Assembly (NCBI GenBank): GCA_964589815.1
Contig: CAZPUR010000003.1
Location: 42,554-106,553 of the forward strand
DNA: 64,000 nt
Source: an uncultured Pseudomonadales bacterium
Lineage (GTDB): Bacteria > Patescibacteriota > Microgenomatia > UBA1400
Direction: 5' to 3'
The notes beneath the pieces were generated by a model. It was not told where the DNA came from. It did no database searches and was given only the letters and a program-made list of their open reading frames with translations. Below, piece by piece: positions 50,539 through 60,006 of this stretch. Each line of letters begins with the position of its first letter. Position 1 is the stretch's first letter. Both the position numbers and the translations under genes were made by a program.

Positions 50539-51685
50539 AGGGTGAAATCCTCCTCAAATCTTTAATCACTTTGGGTAAAACCTTCAAGACATAGTCTATT
50601 TCTTCTTCTTTAGTCCATCTGCCCAAACTAAACCTGATTGAACCCTGAATTTCTTCTGGTCTAAGACCCATAGCCAAAAGGACATGGGATGGCTCTAAAC
50701 TTTGTGAAGAGCAAGCAGAACCAGTCGAAACCGCGATTCCCAGTTGATTTAATTTTAGCATGATGGCTTCGCCCTCAATATAAGAGAATCTAAGATTGGC
50801 ATTATTAGCCAATCTTTTTTCAGGATGACCATTTAAATATGAATCCGGAATTTTATCTAAAATTCCTTTAATTAACTTATTTCTTAGTTTAGTTAATCGG
50901 ATTGTTTCTTGGGACATTTCTTTTTGGCAAATTTCCACTGCCTTAGCCAAGCCAGCAATAACAGGAACATTAACAGTTGAAGACCGAAAACCGGATTCAT
51001 GGCCGCCGCCGTGAAGCAGGGGCTCAATTTTTACTCCTTTTCTGAGGTATAAAAGAGCCACCCCTTTTGGTCCGTAGATTTTATGAGAAGAGGCGGTTAG
51101 AAAATCAATTTTCATTTTTTTAACATTAATCGGGATTTTACCAAAGGATTGAGAAGCATCAGTATGGAAAGGGACATTTTTCTGTTTGCAGATGCGAGCT
51201 AATTCTTCAATTGGCTGAATGGTGCCGACTTCATTATTAGCCTGCATCATGGAAACTAAAATAGTTTTTTTACTGACGGCTTTTTTTAGATTTTGAGGGC
51301 TAATCAATCCATATTTATCCACCGCAAGTTTGATGATCTCAAAACCTTGCTTTTCCAGCCATTGGCTGCTTTTAAGAACACAATCATGCTCAATTGAAGA
51401 GACGATGATTTGGTTGCCTTTATGTTTATTAGCCCAAGCCACTCCTTTTAAAACCGTGTTATTACTTTCTGTAGCTGAAGAAGTAAAAATAATTTCTTCG
51501 GGATTGGCCTTTAAAGCTTGAGCCACGATTTGCCTGCTTTTTTCCACCACCGCCTGAGCCTCTTGACCAAAAGAGTGCAGAGAGGAAGAATTGGCAAAAG
51601 TAGTTTTTAAATGTTGGTTAACTACTTTTAAAACCCGAGGGTCGATTGGGGTAGAAGCAGCATAGTCTAAATATACTTTTTTCAT
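50531..51685 (-). CDS. nifS: cysteine desulfurase (NifS/IscS type)
   Basis: YLDYAASTP, SSHKIYGPKG (PLP Lys) and STGSACSS active-site loop. Confidence 0.92.
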   Translation of the reverse strand: MKKVYLDYAASTPIDPRVLKVVNQHLKTTFANSSSLHSFGQEAQAVVEKSRQIVAQALKANPEEIIFTSSATESNNTVLKGVAWANKHKGNQIIVSSIEHDCVLKSSQWLEKQGFEIIKLAVDKYGLISPQNLKKAVSKKTILVSMMQANNEVGTIQPIEELARICKQKNVPFHTDASQSFGKIPINVKKMKIDFLTASSHKIYGPKGVALLYLRKGVKIEPLLHGGGHESGFRSSTVNVPVIAGLAKAVEICQKEMSQETIRLTKLRNKLIKGILDKIPDSYLNGHPEKRLANNANLRFSYIEGEAIMLKLNQLGIAVSTGSACSSQSLEPSHVLLAMGLRPEEIQGSIRFSLGRWTKEEEIDYVLKVLPKVIKDLRRISPYV

Positions 51686-52074
51686 AGCAAGCCACTTAAC
51701 TTAATTTTTTCCAATTCTTGATTTAAGATCTTTTGTAATTTGAGCCAGATTTTTTTATGAAAACATTTTTTTTCCATTGGGCATTGGCCGCTGATGCAGG
51801 AAACCAGACCTTTTTCTCCCTCCACCGCCTTAATAATCATGCATAAACTAATTTCTTTTGGCTTTTTCTTGAGCTGATAGCCGCCGCCAACCCCTTCTTT
51901 GCTTTTAACAATACCGGCCTTTTTTAAATCCAAAACAATTCGGGAAAGAAATTTATAGGGCAGGCCGGTTTTACCGGTAATATTTTTTAATTTAACCGGT
52001 TGATCTTCCTGGTTCTTGGCTAAATGGGCTAAGAACAAGATACCATACTCGCTTGCCTTAGAAATCTTAAACAT
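51682..52074 (-). CDS. Rrf2-family transcriptional regulator (IscR-like)
   Basis: SKASEYGILFLAHLA... wHTH and a Cys cluster CISGQCPMEKKC. Confidence 0.85.
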   Translation of the reverse strand: MFKISKASEYGILFLAHLAKNQEDQPVKLKNITGKTGLPYKFLSRIVLDLKKAGIVKSKEGVGGGYQLKKKPKEISLCMIIKAVEGEKGLVSCISGQCPMEKKCFHKKIWLKLQKILNQELEKIKLSGLL

Positions 52075-52081
52075 AGTTTAC

Positions 52082-52137
52082 AGTGAATCCTGCGTGGTTC
52101 ACTAAGAAATTCTACCTTTTATGTAGAAGTTTGTCAA
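52082..52137 (-). promoter_or_regulatory. promoter (TTGACA, 17 nt, TAGAAT) plus inverted repeat AGTGAA-N10-TTCACT in the leader of the rrf2-nifS-nifU operon
   Basis: -35 at 52132-37, -10 at 52109-14, inverted repeat 52082-87 / 52098-103 (plus-strand coordinates). Confidence 0.55.
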
Positions 52138-53216
52138 GAAGCTGAAATTTTTCCTCCCCCCAAACATAGCTTACCATCATAAAAAACGGCAAATTGGCCT
52201 GGAGTAATAGCTCTTTGAGGTTGATTAAAAACAAGCTTGAGTTGTTTATTTTGGGGAGGGTAAAGAACAGCTGGTTGTTCTTGGTGACCATACCTGATTT
52301 TTGCCCTTACTTTAATTGTTTTTATGGGTGTTTTTCCAGAGATAAAATTAAAAGGCGAAAGCTCTATTTCTTTTTGAAGCAAATCTTTTTCATTTTGAGT
52401 CACAATAACTTGGTTGTTTCGAGAATCCAGTTGTTTAACAAAATATGGTCCTCCGGAAAGACCAATTCTTTTTCTTTGACCAATAGTATAAAAATGTAAA
52501 CCCTGATGTTTACCCAAAACATTACCTTGAGTATTAATGATTTTTCCTGGTTTTTGACCCAGCCTTGTTTTCAAAAACTCAGTAATTTTTTTGCTCGGAC
52601 AATAACAAAAATCCTGACTTGACTTTACTATAATTGAACTGCGCCTGCCTGCCGGCAAGGCAGGGCCGCTATTAAATAATAGTAATTTTCTAGCCATTTT
52701 TATTACTTGTTTTTTAGTATATTCTCCTAAAGGGAAAACAATATGTTTTAATTGTTCCCGGGTTAAAAAAGAAAGATAATAGGTTTGATCCTTGGCTCTA
52801 TCCTTGGCTTTCAAGAGTTGATAGCTTTTAGCTTTTAGCTTTAAGCTTTCAGCTATTCTCGCGTAGTGTCCTGTTGCCACATAATTTATTTTTCTTTTTT
52901 TAGCCAATTCCAAAAGCTTTTTAAATTTAAGTTGGGGATTACAGATAATACAAGGATTGGGTGTCCGGCCATTTTTATATTCATTAATAAAATAATCCAC
53001 TACCTTTTGTTTAAATTCTTTTTTAACATCCAAAATATAATGGGGAATTTTTAACATTTGGCAGACTTTTTTTGCACTTGCGAAAGATCTTTTGTTTTGC
53101 CAGGCAGGGATATCTAAAGAAACGCCAATCGGCTCCCAACCGTGTTTTTTCAAAAAAAAAGCGGCCATGGAAGAATCAACTCCGCCAGATAGTCCCACAA
53201 TAATTTTTTCCTTCAT
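52134..53216 (-). CDS. mnmA: tRNA 2-thiouridine(34) synthase MnmA, with a GC-palindrome insertion
   Basis: VGLSGGVDSS PP-loop and NPCIICN motifs. Insertion GPALPAGRRSS at 52641-52669. Confidence 0.93.
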   Translation of the reverse strand: MKEKIIVGLSGGVDSSMAAFFLKKHGWEPIGVSLDIPAWQNKRSFASAKKVCQMLKIPHYILDVKKEFKQKVVDYFINEYKNGRTPNPCIICNPQLKFKKLLELAKKRKINYVATGHYARIAESLKLKAKSYQLLKAKDRAKDQTYYLSFLTREQLKHIVFPLGEYTKKQVIKMARKLLLFNSGPALPAGRRSSIIVKSSQDFCYCPSKKITEFLKTRLGQKPGKIINTQGNVLGKHQGLHFYTIGQRKRIGLSGGPYFVKQLDSRNNQVIVTQNEKDLLQKEIELSPFNFISGKTPIKTIKVRAKIRYGHQEQPAVLYPPQNKQLKLVFNQPQRAITPGQFAVFYDGKLCLGGGKISAS

Positions 53217-53298
53217 CTTTTATATTTTACCTTATACCCTCTATAGCTCCTATACTCTCCATTATTATTTCTGCTAAAATGTTTTAAAGGAGGTTCTT

Positions 53299-53685
53299 AT
53301 GACTCAATTAAATCAAATTTATAGATGTAATGTTTGCGGCAATATTGTTGAAGTTTTACATACTGGTGTTGGTGAACTGGTTTGTTGTGGTCAGCCGATG
53401 GAATTACTGCAGGCAAAGACCGAGGATGAGGGTTTAGAAAAGCATGTGCCGGTTATAGAAAAGACCGACAAAGGTTTTAAGGTCAAAGTCGGCTCTGTGC
53501 CTCATCCCATGGAAGAAAAGCACTATATTGAATGGGTTAGTGTCGAAATAGCTGGCAGGCAGGGAAGGAAGTTTTTTAAGCCCGGAGAACCTCCTGAGGC
53601 CGAGTTTTTCTACCCTATCAATGAGATTACTGAAGTCAAAGCCAGAGAATACTGCAATGTTCATGGCTTATGGAGATCAGCATGA
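53299..53685 (+). CDS. dfx: desulfoferrodoxin (2Fe superoxide reductase)
   Basis: N-terminal [12 protein letters not shown]...VCCGQPM desulforedoxin-like site. [20 protein letters not shown] and CNVHGLW SOR site. Confidence 0.9.
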   Translation: MTQLNQIYRCNVCGNIVEVLHTGVGELVCCGQPMELLQAKTEDEGLEKHVPVIEKTDKGFKVKVGSVPHPMEEKHYIEWVSVEIAGRQGRKFFKPGEPPEAEFFYPINEITEVKAREYCNVHGLWRSA

Positions 53686-54209
53686 AAAATCAGAGCTCAC
53701 CCATAGCCTTAGATAATAAGGCGATGTTATTAACTTTTACTCTTGTTAGTTTTTTGGCCTTTACTCTTCCTTTTTCTTTAGGCCATCCTCAGTTATTAGT
53801 AGGAACAATTGTTAATGCCTGTTTGTTTTTAGGCGCCAGTTTTTTTCCCAAAAAGCTTATTTATCCTTTAATCTTCTTTCCTAGCCTAGGGGTTTTAACG
53901 AGGGGCGTTATTTTTGGGCCCCTAACCCCCTTTTTGTTTTTAATGATTCCTTTTATTTGGATGGCTAATTGGCTTTTAGTTTTTGGCTTTAGAATGATGT
54001 TTAATAAGCTCAAGAGCGGGGTTTTAAGTTTAATCGCAGCCGCGATTTTAAAAGCGGGGTTTTTATTTGGCTGTGCTTTTGTTTTAGTTAATCTAAAAAT
54101 ACTGCCCAAGGTTTTTTTAACCAGCATGGGTATAATTCAACTTTGGACTGCTCTTTTAGGCGGAAGCCTAAGTTTATTGGGAAGAAAGATTTATGCTAGA
54201 AACAACTGA
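53682..54209 (+). CDS. polytopic membrane protein, unknown function
   Basis: Five to six TM segments. ATGA overlap with dfx. Confidence 0.5.
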   Translation: MKNQSSPIALDNKAMLLTFTLVSFLAFTLPFSLGHPQLLVGTIVNACLFLGASFFPKKLIYPLIFFPSLGVLTRGVIFGPLTPFLFLMIPFIWMANWLLVFGFRMMFNKLKSGVLSLIAAAILKAGFLFGCAFVLVNLKILPKVFLTSMGIIQLWTALLGGSLSLLGRKIYARNN

Positions 54210-54993
54210 AATTAAACAACTGCTTTCACTTTTAGAGCAGAAAGTTCCTTTAACCGCCATGCTGGCTCCTTCCTTTCCCATTGATTTTTCTTATCCGGAA
54301 ATAGTAGGCCAGTTAAAAAGGGTCGGTTTTAAATATGTAGTTGAAGTGGCGCGAGGAGCAGTAGAAACCAATCGTCAGGTAGTTGAGGATTTAAAAAATA
54401 ACCCTCAAAAAAGAGTCATTACCAGCCCTTGTCCTAGTTGCGTTGGTTATATTAAAACTCAACGGCCTGCATTGACGTCTTTTTTAAGCCAAGCGGATTC
54501 GCCCATGACCGCCACCGCCAAATTGGTCAGACAAATGTTTCCTGGTAGCCAACCTCTTTTTATTGGTCCCTGTTTGACCAAAAAACTTGAAGCTAAAGAT
54601 TATCCTGAACTTAATATTTTAGCCATTACTTTTAAGGAATTAAGCCAGCTTTTTACTGCTTTAAAGATAGAAGATTCTACTGAAGACTTAAACGCTCGTT
54701 TCGATCTTTTAGGTCCGCAGACCCGGCTTTATCCTATTTCCGGAGGTTTATGTCAAACAGCTGGGATTGATGAACTTTTAACTGATGAAGAATGGCGGAT
54801 GGTTTCCGGCCTGAAAAACTTAAACGAGGCCCTGGGTGAATTTGTCCAAGATAAAAAGATCAGGCTCTTGGATATTTTGTTTTGTGATGGTGGCTGTATT
54901 AATGGTCCAGGCTTAATTTCCCAAGCAAGCATCAAAGAAAAAAGACATCAGGTGATTAAATTTTGGTCGACCCATCTACCACAGGAAAAATAA
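54193..54993 (+). CDS. [FeFe]-hydrogenase H-cluster-domain-like protein (short, no ferredoxin domain)
   Basis: ITSPCPSCV, IGPCLTKKLEA and LFCDGGCINGPG resemble H-cluster motifs L1-L3, but L1 deviates from TSCCP. Confidence 0.55.
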   Translation: MLETTEIKQLLSLLEQKVPLTAMLAPSFPIDFSYPEIVGQLKRVGFKYVVEVARGAVETNRQVVEDLKNNPQKRVITSPCPSCVGYIKTQRPALTSFLSQADSPMTATAKLVRQMFPGSQPLFIGPCLTKKLEAKDYPELNILAITFKELSQLFTALKIEDSTEDLNARFDLLGPQTRLYPISGGLCQTAGIDELLTDEEWRMVSGLKNLNEALGEFVQDKKIRLLDILFCDGGCINGPGLISQASIKEKRHQVIKFWSTHLPQEK

Positions 54994-55035
54994 CTTGTAA
55001 TTTTTCCTTCTTTATGTTTCAATTTAATTAATTAT

Positions 55036-55066
55036 CAGCCAAAGGCTGATCGTCCTTTGGACGAAA
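55036..55066 (+). repeat. double-hairpin element CAGCCAAAGGCTGATCGTCCTTTGGACGAAAT upstream of recA
   Basis: Differs from 44201-44230 at one position in the first loop. Confidence 0.8.
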
Positions 55067-55092
55067 TTCTCCTGCCCAAGGAAAGGACTTTT

Positions 55093-56130
55093 ATGAAAGT
55101 AGATTCCCAAAAAGCCCAAGCCATTAAAATTGCTATGGATCAAATTGAAAAACAATATGGTAAGGGTGCAATTATGAGGCTTGGCGAAAGCGGTCAGAGT
55201 TTAAAAGTTGATGTTATTCCCACTGGTTCCATTGCTTTGGATTTAGCTTTGGGAGTCGGTGGTCTGCCGCGCGGTCGGATTAGCGAAATTTATGGTCCTG
55301 AAGCTTCAGGCAAAACCACCATTGGTCTTCATGTCATTGCCGAAGCGCAGAAACACGGCGGCACCGCCGCTTTTATTGACGCTGAACACGCTCTCGATCC
55401 GATGAGGGCGGAATCAATTGGAGTTAATTTAGATGATTTGATTATTTCCCAGCCGGATACCGGAGAACAGGCTTTAGAGATTTGTGAGACCTTAATTCGT
55501 TCCGGAGCCATTGATGTTATTTGTGTTGATTCTGTAGCCGCTTTGGTGCCCAAGGCCGAGATCGAAGGCGAAATGGGCGACGCCATGATTGGGGTTCAGG
55601 CTCGGTTAATGAGTCAGGCGATGAGGAAGCTAGCCGGCGCCATTGCTAAATCTAAGACCGTAATGATTTTTACCAATCAGATTAGAATGAAGATCGGCGT
55701 TATGTTCGGTAATCCGGAGACAACTGCTGGCGGTCAGGCTTTAAAGTTTTATTCTTCGGTTAGATTGGATACGCGCCGGATTGGTAAAATCCAAGACGGA
55801 GAAAAAGTAATTGGTTCCCGCCACCGGGTGAAAGTAGTTAAAAATAAAATCGCTCCACCTTTTCGGGTGGCGGAGTTTGACATTATGAACGTCGGCGGCA
55901 TTTCCCGGACTGGTGGACTTTTGGACGTAGGCGTTGAATTAGATGTGATTGAGAAATCCGGTTCGTTTTTCAAATATAAGGGTGAAGTTTTAGGCCAAGG
56001 CAGAGAAGGCGTAAAAATTACCTTAGAGGAAAAAGAAAAACTGGGTAAGGAAATTGAAGCCGCCATTTGGAAAAGTGTTAAAGCCAGCAAACATCCACCT
56101 AAAGAAATGGGTGAACAAAAAGAAGAATAA
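55093..56130 (+). CDS. recA: recombinase RecA
   Basis: [14 protein letters not shown] and [12 protein letters not shown] (Walker A). ATG at 55093 with an AAGGAAAGGA SD. The caller's TTG at 55057 lies in the repeat. Confidence 0.97.
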   Translation: MKVDSQKAQAIKIAMDQIEKQYGKGAIMRLGESGQSLKVDVIPTGSIALDLALGVGGLPRGRISEIYGPEASGKTTIGLHVIAEAQKHGGTAAFIDAEHALDPMRAESIGVNLDDLIISQPDTGEQALEICETLIRSGAIDVICVDSVAALVPKAEIEGEMGDAMIGVQARLMSQAMRKLAGAIAKSKTVMIFTNQIRMKIGVMFGNPETTAGGQALKFYSSVRLDTRRIGKIQDGEKVIGSRHRVKVVKNKIAPPFRVAEFDIMNVGGISRTGGLLDVGVELDVIEKSGSFFKYKGEVLGQGREGVKITLEEKEKLGKEIEAAIWKSVKASKHPPKEMGEQKEE

Positions 56131-56773
56131 GTTGCCAATTATTACTAAGCTTAAAAGTCAGAAGAATAGAAACAGGGTTAATTTATACTTAGATCATAAA
56201 TTTGCTTTTGGTCTAAGTTTAAATCAAGTAGTCAAATTAGGCCTAAAAACTGGTCAAGAATTGAACCAGGGTGAGGTAGAAAAACTTCTTTTCTCCAGTC
56301 AAGCAGAAAAGCTTTACCAGAAAACTTTAAATTTTCTTTCTTACCGCCCTCGGAGTGAAAAAGAAATAAAAGATTATTTAAGAAAAAATCTTAATAAATC
56401 GCCTCAATTATTAAGAAAAATCCAAACCAAAATCATTAAAAAACTTAAAAAACTTAACTTAGTTAATGATAAAGAATTTGCCCTCTGGTGGATAGAACAA
56501 AGGCTGAGTTTCAAACCTCGAGGCAAAAGAGGGTTAAAAGCGGAACTTTTCCAAAAAGGTGTAGACAGAGACATTATTGATTCTCAGATCAGCCAAATCA
56601 GCCAAATCAGCCAAATAAATTCTGCCAAAAAAATTATTACTAAAAAGAAGAAATTCTATCAAAATTTAGCTCCTCAAAAAATGAAACAGCGTCTTTTTGC
56701 CTTACTGGCTCGTCGGGGTTTTGACTTCGATACGATTAAAAGAGCGATTGACGAAGAAACAAAAAAAGAATAA
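56111..56773 (+). CDS. recX: recombination regulator RecX
   Basis: [20 protein letters not shown] and [12 protein letters not shown] repeat architecture. Start uncertain (GTG 56111 versus TTG 56054). Confidence 0.8.
   Translation: MNKKKNKLPIITKLKSQKNRNRVNLYLDHKFAFGLSLNQVVKLGLKTGQELNQGEVEKLLFSSQAEKLYQKTLNFLSYRPRSEKEIKDYLRKNLNKSPQLLRKIQTKIIKKLKKLNLVNDKEFALWWIEQRLSFKPRGKRGLKAELFQKGVDRDIIDSQISQISQISQINSAKKIITKKKKFYQNLAPQKMKQRLFALLARRGFDFDTIKRAIDEETKKE
56588..56614 (+). repeat. 3 x 9-nt perfect tandem repeat ATCAGCCAA inside recX (QISQISQIS)
   Basis: Read directly. Confidence 0.9.
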
Positions 56774-56896
56774 AATACCTTTAAGTAATAACTGAAGTTA
56801 TAAATTTAAATGGATTGTCAAATCAATTTCTTTTCTATCTTAATCAACGCCCCTAAAGGGGTTTAACTTCTTTTATCACTTCATTGGAGGTTTATC

Positions 56897-58435
56897 ATGT
56901 CCTTTTTAACTAATTTGCAAAAAATGTTTCAAGCTCCTTCTGTGGCTAAAAAGCCTAGAAGAAAGCAAGTAACAAAACCTAGTAGGCGAAAGCCTGGTAA
57001 AGTTTACTCTGCCAAACAAGTTTTATTAAACCAGCAAGAAATTGAGAAAGCTCAAACCAGAGCTAGAGAAATTATTCTGGAAGCCAGAGACGAAGCTTTT
57101 AAAATAAAATCCGATGCCTCAGAACAAGCCAGAAAAACAGAACAACAGGCACAGGTCTTAAAAGACAGAATTTCTCAGAAAGAGTTAGAAACCAGAGAAA
57201 AAAGCGCCGCCCTTCAGGAAAGAGAAAAGCTTTTAATAGAAAGAAATAAGGATTTAAATCAGAGATTAGAAGAAGTGGAGAAAATAAAAAAACAGCAGTT
57301 GGAAAAACTAGAGAGAGCCGCTAGTCTTACTCGTGAAGAAGCAAAAAAATTAATCCTGGTGGCCGTAGAGAAAAAGCTGACTCCGGAGATTGCTAGAAAA
57401 ATAAAAGAAAGCGAAGAAAAAGCCAGGGAGGAATCGGAAAAGAAAGGAAGGGAAATTTTAGTTGAAGCGATGCATCAAGGTGCCACTGATTATGTCCCGG
57501 AATATACTGTTTCCAGTGTCAAGATTACCGATGAAGATATGAAAGGTCGGGTGATTGGTCGCGAAGGTAGAAATATTAGAACTTTTGAAAAAACCACCGG
57601 CGTTGATGTGGACTTAGATGAAGAAGGGATGATTAGACTTTCTTCTTTTGATTCTGTCCGTCGGGAAATTGCCCGGGTAGCTTTGGAAAAACTAATTGCT
57701 GATGGTCGGATTCAACCTTCTAGGATCGAGGAAATAGTTGACAAGACGAAGAAAGATATTGAAAGACTGATGTATCAAGCAGGCGAGGATTTATGCCATC
57801 GGCTTAAGGTTTATAACTTGCCTCGGGAAGTAGTGGCCATGTTGGGCCGTTTTAAATACCGTTTTTCTTATGGCCAAAATATGATTGCCCATACTTTAGA
57901 GGAAACAAAAATAGGAGTTAAATTGGCCTATGAAGTAGGCGCCGATGTTAATATTGTTCGTTTGGGTTGTTTGCTCCATGATATTGGTAAAGTCATTACT
58001 GAAGAAGAAGGTACCCATGTTCAGGTAGGGGTGAACTTTTTACGTAAATATAATATGCCTCAGCCAGTTTTGGATTGTGTCGCTCAACATCATGAGGATG
58101 AAGCTTTTTCTTCCAGTGAAGCGGTTCTGGTTTATATTGCCGATGCTATTTCCGGCTCTCGACCAGGAGCCAGATACGAGGATTATGAAGAATACGTTTC
58201 CCGCATGGACAAACTGGAAAAATTAGCTAAGTCTTTTAAAGGGGTTAAGAATACTTATGCCATCCAGGCAGGCAGAGAAGTGAGAGTGATTGTTAATCCA
58301 GATAAACTAGACGATGCCGCTATAATTAAACTGGCCAGCGACCTGCGTGATAAAATTAAAAAAGAAATGACCTATCCTGGTCAGGTTAAAGTGACAGTGA
58401 TTCGGGAAAAAAGAGCAGAAAAGATAGCCAAGTAA
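56897..58435 (+). CDS. rny: ribonuclease Y
   Basis: N-terminal coiled coil, KH domain (GRVIGREGRNIRTFE) and HD domain (LHDIGK). Confidence 0.94.
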   Translation: MSFLTNLQKMFQAPSVAKKPRRKQVTKPSRRKPGKVYSAKQVLLNQQEIEKAQTRAREIILEARDEAFKIKSDASEQARKTEQQAQVLKDRISQKELETREKSAALQEREKLLIERNKDLNQRLEEVEKIKKQQLEKLERAASLTREEAKKLILVAVEKKLTPEIARKIKESEEKAREESEKKGREILVEAMHQGATDYVPEYTVSSVKITDEDMKGRVIGREGRNIRTFEKTTGVDVDLDEEGMIRLSSFDSVRREIARVALEKLIADGRIQPSRIEEIVDKTKKDIERLMYQAGEDLCHRLKVYNLPREVVAMLGRFKYRFSYGQNMIAHTLEETKIGVKLAYEVGADVNIVRLGCLLHDIGKVITEEEGTHVQVGVNFLRKYNMPQPVLDCVAQHHEDEAFSSSEAVLVYIADAISGSRPGARYEDYEEYVSRMDKLEKLAKSFKGVKNTYAIQAGREVRVIVNPDKLDDAAIIKLASDLRDKIKKEMTYPGQVKVTVIREKRAEKIAK

Positions 58436-58453
58436 CGATAAAATCGTTACCTG

Positions 58454-58491
58454 GCTATCCCGAATCCGCCTTTAGCGGAGATCGGGATAGC
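58454..58491 (+). repeat. nested hairpin GCTATCCCGA-A-TCCGC-CTTTA-GCGGA-GA-TCGGGATAGC after rny
   Basis: 10-bp outer plus 5-bp inner stem. No clear U-tract. Confidence 0.7.
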
Positions 58492-58504
58492 TAAATAATT
58501 TCTA

Positions 58505-58516
58505 CCTGCCGGCAGG
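58505..58516. repeat. intergenic copy of the palindrome CCTGCCGGCAGG
   Basis: Same core as 677-690, 5619-39 and 52641-69. Confidence 0.85.
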
Positions 58517-58619
58517 CAGGTTTCGCGTCTAAAAGTTTAGCGCTATTTAGTGTTAATTTTTAGTGTTATTTCGTGTTTAGAAATTTAGCGTATTTCGTGT
58601 CTAGGAGGTGAGATAATTA

Positions 58620-58895
58620 GTGAAAAAATCCAACTTAGTCGAAGTAGTAGCTAAAAAAGCCCATCTGACCAAAAATGCGGCCAAAGAAGCGATGGATGTT
58701 TTTTTAGATGAACTTAAGAGACTCTTACAAAAAGGAGAAAAAATAACTTTGTCCGGCTTTGGCACTTTCAAGGTTAAAAAAGTTGCCAATAAAACAGGTA
58801 GGAAAAGCCCTAAAGACCCGACGCCAATGGTGCACAAGTCTCATCGAGTAGTTCGTTTTATTGTCAGCAAAACCCTCCGCAAGTCCGTTAAATAA
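58620..58895 (+). CDS. hup: HU/IHF-family DNA-binding protein, GTG start
   Basis: KSNLVEVVAKKAHLTKNAAKEAMDVFLDELK...LSGFGTFKVKK. SD AGGAGGTGA. Confidence 0.92.
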   Translation: MKKSNLVEVVAKKAHLTKNAAKEAMDVFLDELKRLLQKGEKITLSGFGTFKVKKVANKTGRKSPKDPTPMVHKSHRVVRFIVSKTLRKSVK

Positions 58896-58961
58896 TAAAA
58901 TATTTTTCGTGTCTTTTGCGCCAGTGTGTTCGTATCTTTCGGGCTTAGAATTGAAGAAGTT

Positions 58962-59945
58962 ATGAGCGTTATTTCAGTAAAAAACTTAAAAAAATACTAC
59001 CAAGTTCATCAAAAAGAACCAGGGCTTAAGGGTTCAATCAAATCTTTATTCAAAAGAAAATATGAGGATGTTAAAGCCGTTAACAACATTTCTTTTGAGA
59101 TTGACGAAGGCGAACTGGTTGGTTTTATCGGCCCCAACGGCGCCGGTAAAACTACGACTTTAAAATGTCTTTCCGGCCTGTTATATCCCACTTCCGGCCA
59201 GATTGAGGTTTTAGGTTTTAACCCTTGGGACAGAAAACACGAATTTCTTAAACAGATATCCTTGGTTATGGGGCAGAAAAACCAGCTTTGGTGGGATTTG
59301 CCGGCCATGGAAACCTTTATTTTAAACAAAGAGATTTATGAAATTCCAGAGGCTCAATACGCGAAAACTTTAAATGACTTGGTTGATTTATTACAAGTTC
59401 AAGATATCCTTAAGATCCAAGTCCGCAAGCTTTCTTTAGGCCAAAGAATGAAATGCGAACTTATTGCCGCCTTGCTTCATTCACCCCAAATTTTATTTTT
59501 AGACGAACCGACCATAGGTTTAGACGTGGTGATGCAGAAAAAAATGAGGGATTTTATCAAAGTTTATAATCAAAAATACCAGGCTTCGATTATTTTAACC
59601 TCTCATTATATGGGTGACGTCCAACAACTTTGTCAAAGGGTGATTATTATTGATAAAGGTAAAATTTTGTTTGACGGTCAATTATCCCAGATTGTTAAAA
59701 AATACGCTGACCACAAATTGATTAAAGTTGTTTTTGATAAAGACATTGACCCCAAAAAACTGGAAAAAATTGGTAAGGTCAAAGAATATGATTTTCCCAA
59801 GGCGGTTTTAACTGTTAAAAGAGGCGTTTCCAACGCCGCCGCCGCAGAATTACTTAAAAACTTTCCCATCGGAGACCTCAACATCGAAGAACCTTCTATT
59901 GAAGATATTATCCGCGAAGTTTTTACCGGTAAAGACGTAGCCTAG
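58962..59945 (+). CDS. ABC transporter ATP-binding protein (COG4586-like)
   Basis: GPNGAGKTTT Walker A, LSLGQRMK signature and LFLDEPT Walker B. Confidence 0.9.
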   Translation: MSVISVKNLKKYYQVHQKEPGLKGSIKSLFKRKYEDVKAVNNISFEIDEGELVGFIGPNGAGKTTTLKCLSGLLYPTSGQIEVLGFNPWDRKHEFLKQISLVMGQKNQLWWDLPAMETFILNKEIYEIPEAQYAKTLNDLVDLLQVQDILKIQVRKLSLGQRMKCELIAALLHSPQILFLDEPTIGLDVVMQKKMRDFIKVYNQKYQASIILTSHYMGDVQQLCQRVIIIDKGKILFDGQLSQIVKKYADHKLIKVVFDKDIDPKKLEKIGKVKEYDFPKAVLTVKRGVSNAAAAELLKNFPIGDLNIEEPSIEDIIREVFTGKDVA

Positions 59946-59968
59946 GAAGATTTTTGAAGGGATTAAAA

Positions 59969-59997
59969 TTGACTTCTTCCTTAAATTGTATTACTAT
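59969..59997 (+). promoter_or_regulatory. internal promoter (TTGACT, 17 nt, TACTAT) 9 nt before the ATG at 60007
   Basis: Read directly. Confidence 0.5.
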
Positions 59998-60006
59998 CTT
60001 AATACA

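Noticed and set aside
52194-53277. Plus-strand ORFs 52194..52499, 52866..53054 and 53092..53277
   Set aside because: Antisense to mnmA, which has clear PP-loop motifs.
55057-55092. Caller-extended N-termini starting at TTG/GTG inside repeats (recA 55057, rplM 44222, adk 38107, rplC 26922, GIY-YIG 13671, ORF 45589, ABC 58926, yerC-like 59986, permease 60246)
   Set aside because: The extra codons are encoded by hairpin, repeat or promoter sequence. Canonical family N-termini with better RBS context begin at internal ATGs.
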